A stretch of 64,000 nt of DNA from Lingula anatina. Taxonomy: Eukaryota > Animalia > Brachiopoda. How positions within the stretch are numbered: the stretch's first letter is position 1; each line of letters begins with the position of its first letter. This document shows, in pieces, positions 49,419 through 62,134 of the stretch. The DNA is taken from positions 19,716,001 through 19,780,000 of the forward strand of contig CM120642.1 in the NCBI GenBank assembly GCA_051362555.1, given 5' to 3'. The notes beneath the pieces were generated by a model. That model did not search any database and had not been told where the DNA came from. It saw only the letters and a program-made list of their open reading frames with translations. The position numbers were made by a program, and so were the translations under genes.

Positions 49419-50730
49419 AAGGGAAAGGACTTTCACAGAAAAAAGTGTTTACTCAAAGATTTGTTTTTTTTTAGAGACGAGAGAGCCTTTTTTCGGCAGT
49501 CAACATAAATAGATCTTTTTTTTATTCAGAGGGGAATAAAAACCTTTAAGGGTTATATTAATCATAGTCTGCATACAACAATGATCTTAGGGAAAGGACT
49601 CTCACAGGAAAAAGTGTTCATTCACAGATTTGGTTTTTAGAGACGGAAGAGCCTTCTACTCGGCAGTAAATGTAGATTTTAGGATAGAAAAGGACCCTAG
49701 AGAAGCAATCCAAAATAAATAGAACTGTATTTATATCAGAGGGGAATACAAGCAAGATTTTGGATAAGAAACACAATCTGGTAAAAAATAATTCAACATA
49801 AATAGATATTTTTTGTATATCACAGGGGAATAAAAACCTTTAAGGGTTATATTAATCATAGTGTGCATACAACAATGATCTTAGGGAAAGGACTCTCACA
49901 GAAAAAAGTGTTCACTCACAGATTTGGTCTTTAGAGACGGAAGAGCCTTCTACTCGGCAGTAAATGTAGATTTTAGGATAGAAAAGGACCATAGAGAAGC
50001 AATCCAAAATAAATAGAACTGTATTTATATCAGAGGGGAATACAAGCAAGATTTTGGATAACAAACACAATCTGGTAAAAAATAATTCAACATAAATAGA
50101 TATTTTTTTTGTATATCACAGGGGAATAAAAACCTTTAAGGGTTATATTAATCATAGTGTGCATACAACAATGATCTTAGGGAAAGGACTCTCACAGAAA
50201 AAAGTGTTCACTCACAGATTTGGTCTTTAGAGACGGAAGAGCCTTCTACTCGGCAGTAAATGTAGATTTTAGGATAGAAAAGGACCCTAGAGAAGCAATT
50301 CAACATATATAGAACTTTATTTATTTCAGAGGGGAATACAAGCAAGTTCTTATATACCAACCACAGGTACTATTTATAAAAGATGCACTTAAATGTGATT
50401 GGATTTCTTCATAGAAATTATCAGTTGCACCTAAGCACAAAAAAAAAAAAAAAAAAAAAAAAATCTAGGAAAAGGACTCTTACAGAGTTTTTTTTAGGGA
50501 CAGAGGAGCCTATTATTCAGCAGTAAATGTAGATTTTGTTTAAGAAAAAGGATCATACAAAAGCAATCCTGCATAAATAGAACTTTTTTTATAGCACAGG
50601 GGAATAAAAACATTTAAGAGTTATATCAATCAAGGTGTGCATAGAACAATGATCTAAGGAAAAGGACTCTCACAGAAAAAAGTGCTTACTCACAGATTTG
50701 GTTTTTAGAGACGAGAGAGCCTTCTATTGC
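45570..50730. repeat. Complex modular satellite with higher-order repeats
   Basis: About 17 copies of a core (aaggactctcacaga...gagccttttattcggcagtaaatgtagattttggataagaaaaagga) joined by alternative linker modules. Higher-order periods are ~655/855 bp (46741, 47396, 48251) and ~295 bp (49651, 49945, 50241). Confidence 0.9.
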
Positions 50731-50780
50731 ACTTGGATATATATTTTTAACTTATATTAATTTTATGTTACAATCTGCAG

Positions 50781-50955
50781 GACGAATGTGGTAAGGATTT
50801 AACAGAGTTGGAGGTGAGGAACAAATAGGAATATGACAAGGGAGTACCGTAAATTCAAGGACCAGCACAACAGGTCAGGGGCTGGGAGGAAGCCACCCTA
50901 CAAATATGAAAAACAATTGGACAGTATCCTGGGTGATAAAGCAACCACAAGCAGC
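50781..50955 (+). pseudogene. Frameshifted Myb/SANT-like (trihelix) DNA-binding domain exon relic
   Basis: After a good acceptor (ctgcag, 50780) it reads DECGKDLTELEVRNK, then after a frameshift RNMTREYRKFKDQHNRSGAGRKPPYKYEKQLDSILGDKATT. This is the K-W-x-N-[LM]-x-x-x-Y-[RK] ... SG ... [LM]D-x-I-L-G pattern of trihelix/MSANTD domains, with the W codon destroyed. Confidence 0.65.
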
Positions 50956-51973
50956 TACAGGAAAGAGATTAAAAAACACTTTGTGCAACTGTTTGCAACT
51001 TCATAAGATGGAGTCCAAAGTTGACAACAAAGAACTTGGAAATCAGTAAAGACAGTTGTGACACACAACTATTACAAAGAATATTAAATATTGACTCGAA
51101 GAACCATATTCCTAACATAGAGGTGTACAGATCCCTCCATCTCTATCATCCCTTACTCAGAAAAAAAAGTTTTCTGGGCACCATGCCCACAAATTTGACC
51201 AACCAATCTCCAAGCTTATATTTTGGATGCTTTTTGGTACATGAAGGAAGGGTAACAGTGGCAGACCAAAAGTAAAATTATATTCAATCACCATCAAGAA
51301 TGATGTGTTATATACTGGTCCGCAATCAAATGATTTACATGGAATGATGATACAGAAATAACTGGTCAGAGAATGTTGCTGCTGCCATTCTGGGCAAAGT
51401 CAACGCCTGATGATGATGATGATGACTAGTTGAGAGCAATTGAAAATTACAAGGCGGTTAAGAACACTGCTAATTTTTCTGATTGCTGAGACAGGAATTC
51501 CAAAGCTAATCCAACCTGTCAAGTAATAATACCCATTTTCTTTAAAAATTGGTTCAAACTTTTGCTGTGAACATTAACAATATCAGTGCTCTGATTGCAC
51601 AAAATTCATATTGCTTTGAATTCATAAGACAAAGTGCAAAATCTCAATCTGGAGTGAAATTAACAATCTCTAAAATATGTAAAATTGTTAAGATAAGAAG
51701 TTAAAATATTCATGACTTTATACTAGGCAGTAAAGTGTCAAATGGCTATGGTAATGACTCGGTCTTTGCAATGGGTTAAAATTCACAAAAAACTTTCAGG
51801 TGTACATGATTTTATAGTCACAAAATATTATATCTATGGTGATTTTACTGCAAAGAATGTATAGAGTAGCCTGCTTTTAAATTATGTTGCTACCACTCGA
51901 CAAAAATGTTCCATTTTAAAAAAATTACAACTTAAAAATTACAGTATCTACATAATTCACCAATCCGTCCTAT

Positions 51974-52189
51974 TGAAAAGATCAAGTAATTACCGTAATT
52001 CATCTTCAAAAGTAAACGGAAACCTTTCAAGTGAAAGTGAGAGCCCCGTGTGACTTAATAATTAGCCCCCGTTACACCTGGTGAAAAGATCAAGTAATTA
52101 CCGTAATTCATCTTCAAAAGTAAACGGAAACCTTTCAAGTGAAAGTGAGAGCCCCGTGTGACTTAATAATTAGCCCCCGTTACACCTGG
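51974..52189. repeat. Perfect 108-bp tandem duplication
   Basis: 51974-52081 is identical to 52082-52189 (tgaaaagatcaagtaattaccg...gttacacctgg). Confidence 0.92.
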
Positions 52190-52779
52190 TGGCACCTGCC
52201 AGGAAAACAATTTCTGTCCCTGTGTCACAAATATGTAACAAATGAAAAGACAGCAATATTTCAAGTTTGTTAAAATGATGTATGATTTGATGTGATAACC
52301 AAATACTGTCACAGCCCCAACTTTGAAGGGGTGAGGGTGGGCAAGTACTTGTTCTCCAAGCCAGTGAATATGGGCTTAATGATAAGTCATCTTTAATTAG
52401 TTGTAGAGAAGGCCTTACTTTACATTATCTTTAAAAGATTAGGCAATGAATAATTCTAAGTAACATTTTATCTAAGTAAAAAAGATAGTTGTAGCACCAT
52501 GACTTCAAAGGCTAAAATTTTATACAAACTTCATCAAAGCACCATGTGAATGCCATATCAAAATCATGCAGTCCCAGTTATCAAAAAAAAAAAAAAAAAA
52601 AAAAGATTATACTATCAAAGACTCAGAGCATTTCACCAATTTTTAACCTCATGAATATGAGTTGAATATTGTTAATGAACTTGATAAAACTGGAGAAAGG
52701 CCAGAGAGATCTTGGACTTTGGTATCTTTAGAGATTTCTGATACCAATCACTTGTTATCTTAAGACTTAAACCCATTTA

Positions 52780-55095
52780 AACTAGAGGATCAGAGAGGCG
52801 ATACCGCCTCCAAATATTGTACCACCAGCTGGAGCAAACGCATTCGTATAGACCCCCACATACACAAAAGAAGGGTCACAGCCACCAGTCTTCTGCTTGA
52901 CAAGCTGTAAAAATGCAATCAACAAGAATTTTCAAAATATGCAAAAAATATATATGCCTAAAAATGGTACAATCAAAGTTAAGTTCATCGTAAGGTAGGT
53001 CAAAAGTCAATTTCAAGGTCACAGTAAATTGCCAGTATATGACTTCCTATTCAACTTCAATAGTAACTATGGACCTGTCTCTGCCAGTTTTGGAGATAAA
53101 AGGAAACCAAAATTTGCAAAGTTCAGTTCATGGTGAAAAGTAGGTCAAAGGTCAATTTCAAGGTCACATTTAGATTGCCAATATATGACTTCCTATTCAA
53201 GTTCAATAGTAACTATGGACCTATCTCTGCCAGTTTTGGAGATAAAAGGGAAGCAAAATTTGCAAAGTTCAGTTCATGGTGAAAAGTAGGTCAAAGGTCA
53301 ATTTTAAGGTCACATTAAGATTGCCAGACTTCCTAATCAACTACAATAGTAACTATGGACCTATCTCTGCCAGTTTTGGAGATAAAAGTCAAGCAAAATT
53401 TGCAAAGTTCAGTTCATGGTGAAAAGTAGGTCAAAGGTCAATTTTAAGGTCACATTTAGATTGCCAGTATATGACTTCCTATTCAACTTCAATAGTAACT
53501 ATGGACCTATCTCTGCCAGTTTTGGAGATAAAAGGGAAGCAAAATTTGCAAAGTTCAGTTCATGGTGAAAAGTAGGTCAAAGGTCAATTTCAAGGTCACA
53601 TATAGATTGCCAGTATATGACTTCCTATTCAAGTTCAATAGTAACTATGGACCTTTCTCTGCCAGTTTTGGAGATAAAAGGGAACCAAAATTTGCAAAGT
53701 TCAGTTCATGGTGAAAAGTAGGTCAAAGGTCAATTTCAAGGTCACATTTAGATTGCCAGTATATGACTTCATATTCAAGTTCAATAGAAACTATGGACCT
53801 ATCTCTGCCAGTTTTGGAGATAAAAGGGAAGCAAAATTTGCAAAGTTCAGTTCATGGTGAAAAGTAGGTCAAAGGTCAATTTCAAGGTCACATTTAGATT
53901 GCCAATATATGACTTCCTATTCAAGTTCAATAGTAACTATGGACCTATCTCTGCCAGTTTTGGAGATAAAAGGGAAGCAAAATTTGCAAAGTTCAGTTCA
54001 TGGTGAAAAGTAGGTCAAAGGTCAATTTTAAGGTCACATTTAGATTGCCAGTATATGACTTCCTATTCAACTTCAATAGTAACTATGGACCTATCTCTGC
54101 CAGTTTTGGAGATATAAAGGACTAAATGTTATAATTTTGGAGTTACCATAATGTGCTATAAATTTCCTACAGAAAATATTAATTAAAATAAAGAAAAGGT
54201 CATTTTGGTCAAAATTCTTGAAATGGGAGGTGCTCTGAAGTTCCAGATGTTCAAATTTGATGAAATAATGTCATTTTTGACCACAAGTTGTCTGCTTTGC
54301 CAAGCCTTATGTTTTATTTTTCCGGAGTTCAAAATTTATTATCCATTACCATACTGCACATTTTGCTTTCACCCCCAATATGTACTTTTTGATACAGTGT
54401 AACTCGAAAACCGTATGGAATATAAAAAAACCGAGACCACCTCCAGTGTTGGGCTTTACATGCTCTACAAAATGCAAAAGAGAATGGGTCTCTAGCATTA
54501 ACGGTTCCCAAATTAGAGACAGTTTTCAGTTTCGGTATCTTATGGCCGCTACTCCCGTGAAAATGCACCGATTGACCCCAAATTCACGGAGATGAAAGAT
54601 GACCTGAAGGGTAACACTTTCCAATAATATTATTGGTTAAGTCTGTGTGGTGTTTGAATAACAGGGCAAATAATTTTTTTTTCGTAAAAAAATTAATTTT
54701 TTTGAAAATTTTGGCCCGTTTGACCTTGAAATAAAGGTCAAAGGTCAAATCCAAGGGCATAATTGAAATCTACACATATGACTTTTGGAAAGCCGTCTGT
54801 AGAAATTTTTCCCATAATTCCTTCCGTAGGGTAGATAATTAGCATTTAATTTTGCCATTTTTAGACAAGGGTGCATTGCAATGAGTGCCACACCTAGACC
54901 CCAAAACCGACAAAGCCCAAATTTTACGTGGAACGAGTTGAGATTATAGGTGACCTAAATCCAAGAGATGGGTACGGGGGCCCTTACCGTCTAGGAGGAG
55001 AAGCGGTAACGGTAGCCGTCCGGCGGAGCCGGCGGAACGATCCGGACGGGACTAAAACCATGTGTACCGCCAGCGCTAACGCTGGTGGTACAATT
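52780..55095 (-). mobile_element. Complete non-autonomous Helentron/HINE (DINE-1-like) element, ~2.3 kb
   Basis: 14-bp subterminal inverted repeats ATTGTACCACCAGC (52816-52829) / GCTGGTGGTACAAT (55081-55094). The 5' subTIR folds on an adjacent IR (55063-55092). A GC-rich microsatellite-like patch lies at 55003-55050, tandem repeats are central, and a 3' hairpin and CTAG terminus (52782-52785) close the element. No TSD visible. Confidence 0.85.
52995..54118. repeat. 146-bp tandem array (~7.7 units) internal to the HINE
   Basis: GGACCT anchors at 53071, 53217, 53357 (6-bp deletion), 53503, 53649, 53795, 53941 and 54087. Confidence 0.95.
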
Positions 55096-55206
55096 ACTTT
55101 TCTTTAGCTATTGCACTTACTGTCCGGGAAAAATAAAACAACAATTACCGGTACTAACAGGTGATATTTTCATGATTATTCAAGAAAATATCCAATTCTT
55201 ATGGTG

Positions 55207-58201
55207 TCACACACCAACTGATTTACTGTGTTTCTTGTGGAAGATATCCACCGTGGTTTCATGGCACTGTCTTAAGTCCATATCACAGAATCCAATAACA
55301 AACTTCCCATCTGCTGCCTTGAAGTAGTCTAATCCTCGACCTATCTTGATCACCCAGCCGTTGTTCAACCTAAAAAACAGAGGTACATACATGTAATACG
55401 TAAACACTGCTTAACATTAATGGATACATATTTTATCTGTTAAATTCTATAAAATATGAACAAATATATATAAATGAGAAAAACATCAAAATCACTGAAA
55501 ATGATTTAGTAATATGAACCTGATCAAGAGTAACTGTAAAAATGCACCTTTTTCAAACTGTAAAAACTGCACCTTTTTGCTCTTTATTCACCACTCCAGT
55601 TTGTTTAAGTCTGCCAAATAACATTATAATGCAGGACACATAACAAAAATATTTAAATGAGTGCCAGAAATGGCCGAGGGTTATACAAAGCACAAAATGA
55701 AAATATGAAATATATATTCAAATATCATTATCGGGAAGTATGAGACAACGCACTCTGATATTTCTTTCAGTTATGCTATTTGAAACCATATGATGGCATT
55801 TGGTCAGGTTTAGTGGCAAATATATTTGACTTCATATGTACCAGGTAACTTGAATGTGCTTCAGTGTTTTACCTGATTTCCCTGTCATGTAAGGAAGCTG
55901 AGTATGTTACTTTTAATGTCATATTATACTTTTCTAGGTTCTTGACTAGTTCTGATAACTTTTCTTCCTGACCCTTTCCCTAAAAAAAGATGGTACGTAC
56001 TGTAAAATTAACGTAATGAAATGATAAAATAATTGGAGATTTTTTTTACTTCAAGACTTATGGCTTCCATCTTTGTCCCAAATTATATATTAAACATAAC
56101 AACTTATAACTGTAATTCTCATTAAACAATGTAAAATTTATAACTGTGCTTCATAAAAATAAACTGTAAATATATACACCTTTACATGTAGTTAAATCAC
56201 AGCATTGAATGACCCTTCCTAAGGTCCTCAATACTCACTTGTTCTTGACCAGTGGTTAAACATATTGTCTGGACTTTACTCTTGGACTTCACTATAAGTT
56301 CACAGAACCTTACAAAGTTAAGCACCTGGAAATGATAATAAGCTGCTTCTTTAAAGTCTTAGATCTATCATTCATCAATTTTCATTCTCTTTTCTTTTTT
56401 ATCGTTTTTATATAAAATACTTGAATGATGGATGTGGATGGGTCAGGGGACTTAAAGTCATGACCAAGTTGGGGGCTTATACCTGGTTTATTGTCTACTG
56501 TTACTTGACTTAATTATATCCAATGCAAATGACTCGCTCATGCTGAGGTAGATACCTACATAATTAACAGTCTGTTTCCTTATCAATGTTACGGAGGTAA
56601 TGCAAAAATACACCTTGTCATGTTATGAGATAATGCTGTCCCAGCAAAAATACATCAGAGTGAATTTGTTAATTCAAGCTTATGGTGTAACAGCAGTATT
56701 TTTGTGTTCAAAATTGCAATTACAAATTCAAGACCTCCCTTCCCTGAACAGCTATCAACACTTTTTAAATGCCTGTTTAATCAAAACTAAAAGCACTACA
56801 TTTTGTTACTAGGGGTTCTTTTTGGGAGGCTTCTTTCTGATTTTATCAGTAAAGAAGTGATATAATGCCTTTGTTTGATGAAACATCATAATTAGGGGCT
56901 TATGTCTCACAAACATATCTATCTACATTAATATTGTACAATAAGGCAAATCAAAAAGAAAGTTTATAAATTGACTTAAGTCTGCCAATAAATGTTAAAA
57001 TTGTATTCAGAGCTGATACAAATGTGGACCACAGTTTTCAATAATTTTTTATCACAATTAATTATTATATTTATTATATGTCACCTGATGATTGCTCCTG
57101 ATGTAGGGATCCTCAACCTCTACCACAGTGACCTGTTCATCAAAAAATCTCCCAAACACTTTCTCATAGCTGTTACCAGTTGAGTTGTTCTCTATCTTCA
57201 TCTGTTCGTGGTAACGTCCCGCTGGAAAGAGAGCAGCTTTTTTAATGAGCTTAGTTTACAAGTGGCTTACCTGATGCTCCCATGGACAGTGCTGGCAATA
57301 TTTGTAAGAATGCAACATGGCTGTTAGAGCAAAGAGGACCAACTGGCAAATTAAAATATTAATGATTCTGCATATTGAAAACACTCACACAAACAAACTA
57401 ACAAAAATATAATTTTTGAACCACAACCTACAAGTGACACCATTGGCGCTTAACTACAGCCATAAAAGTGCTCTAAAATTAATCTTATACAGCTACGAAG
57501 TACAACAGTTGCATTATGCACACCTTCCTTTTCTGCCTCAATATGCTGTTTAAGTTTTTCAGCTCTGTCCATGTACTCAGTTATTCTTTGTCTAAATCGC
57601 TTTTTCTTTTCTTCATCTGTGGTGGCTGAAAGCAAGTTTACAAAGATTAGCAAATTCTGTCAACATAAATGCTTGTGAACAAATTCTTGCAAGGACTGAC
57701 TTCTTACAACATTACAGAAGAATTATTACAAAGTTATTACAATTATAGCAATACAGCAGACTAATGGGTGAGTATTTTCACTACTTGTCAAAACGGGTTA
57801 TCTAAAGTTCGTTCTTAATAAATGTCAAATAAAAAGGGCATACTTGGTTACTTAACACTTGGCTTGTTAAAACACTTAAGAGCAAACATACAACTGGCTA
57901 GCTGACAAGTGCCTTTAATGCAATGCACCATGAGCAATATGTCTATGTCATATTTACTAGTAATTAAATTGTACCATTTTTCTTCTACACAAACTAAACC
58001 TCAATTGTTTTAATACTGGTTCCTGTATAATTTGAGAAACACTTACAGATAAATTACATATTTACCTTTAAGAACATCAAGTAATAGCTGGATCCCCTCT
58101 TGATAGCATACTAGTGACTCTGTAAAACGTTTTTCACAGTCAAGTTCAACTGCACGCTTCAAGAGACCAATAGCTGAGGTCTCGACTCCAGGAGTGGCCA
58201 T
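55207..58201 (-). CDS. MITD1: MIT domain-containing protein 1 (ESCRT-III-binding MIT domain plus PLD-like domain), 6 coding exons, 243 aa
   Basis: Exons 58201-58066, 57625-57524, 57221-57085, 56325-56239, 55979-55873, 55369-55207 (732 nt, in phase). Motifs [87 protein letters not shown]. Probable 5'-UTR exon donors near 58828 and 59132. Confidence 0.95.
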
Positions 58202-58603
58202 TCAAAATGCTGGACTGTGGCACTTTTAACCAACCATGAAGTTTCTAGTTATTACTATATTACTAGTGCCTTCTGAAATATTATAACACACAAAATTTGT
58301 GTATTATCAAATATATATTCTTCAGTTATGTATTAAAAGGGGGGGGGGGGGTATTTGTAAAGTGCATATTTCATTAAGTGTACCCCCTTGTCAGGGCAAC
58401 AGAATAACATGAATTTTCTCACCAGATAAGACACAATTTTCTGCTGTGCTCACAGTAGAGAATTGTGTCATTTGTTATCAGGTAGGTACAGTGTATGTGT
58501 TTGTGCCTGAGAAAAAGGATACACAGTATGGTAAGGGGAGGATATTTTCCTCTAATTTGTCAGGACGAGTTGCCTGCAGTAAATAGCGAGTTATACCTTT
58601 AAC

Positions 58604-58711
58604 TAGCATGAAAATTCATGCATTAGCACTCCTATTGACGGTTCTCATATGTACTGGCTGTGACAGTCAATAATCGTCCATAGGAGTGCTAACGTATGAA
58701 TTTTTGTGCTA
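58604..58711. mobile_element. 108-bp hairpin/MITE in the MITD1 5'-UTR intron
   Basis: 37-bp inverted repeats tagcatgaaaattcatgcattagcactcctattgacg / cgtccataggagtgctaacgtatgaatttttgtgcta, about 32/37 paired. Confidence 0.55.
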
Positions 58712-59129
58712 ATTTTTAACAAGAATCTTGGAGTATACATACAATCCGACTAATGAGCATTTGGCTTTGAACTTTCACATATTTTTAAAATTATTTTTTC
58801 TATTTTTCTATTTAAATCTAAACTCACCCTTCAAGAAATTAACACTTTCATGCTCTTGATATGTCTTTTCACCGTTTTTCTCTGCATGCTTACCCCAAAC
58901 ACCGTCTTGTAAAGTGAAGTGTCTGAATCATCAACCCAATGTCAATGAGACTAGCTGCTGCTTCTGAGTGAAATGCTTCTTTTTTCTCACAGATGTTTTC
59001 TGTATAAAAATTTAGAGTAATATTATAGCCCAGGCATCTATAACAAATGAAACTCCAAAGAAATTCCGATGAAGTAGTATTAGTAGTACCAACTTGACAA
59101 AGACGCAGAGCATAAATCGATGCAAACTC

Positions 59130-59591
59130 ACCTACATGTACGTATTGACGACTGATTTTGTTTTACAACCACTAGTGCTTCACACACTTGAAAACACCCG
59201 GGTGATTAAGCCGAAAATATTATTTAAAGGGTGATACTTTAAATTTTTGTTCTCCCTACAATTTCCGGGTGTTGGTCTGATAGGAAGTTCAACTTATCGC
59301 GGGGAACGCTTGGCTTCGGAGTAAATGAAATCAAGTGTATTGATTAGCCAAAAAACAAAAATAATATAAAATATCGTTTATTACACATATAATAGATTAA
59401 TTTAAATGCTTAATAAAATGTTTATGTTAAAAAGTACGACAAAGAGCATAACAGTCTTTATAGTTACCATTAATATGTTTCAATCAAAAGATAATTATCA
59501 TTTTGTGCGGTCCTGTAAGTCGCCAATAACAACAACAGCAACACGTTTGTCATATGTCACAATTTTTGCGAGTACTGTGTCCTGTACGATC
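59130..59591. promoter_or_regulatory. Bidirectional promoter region between MITD1 and SPATA4
   Basis: Head-to-head arrangement, ETS-like cores (ttccgg 59263, ggaagt 59283) and RFX X-box-like GTCGCCAATAACAAC at 59519-59533. Confidence 0.55.

Positions 59592-62134
<2,543 letters not shown>

Noticed and set aside
45570-50730. CRISPR-like repeat/spacer reading of the modular array
   Set aside because: The intervening segments are themselves repeated modules rather than unique spacers, there are no cas genes, and the context is eukaryotic.
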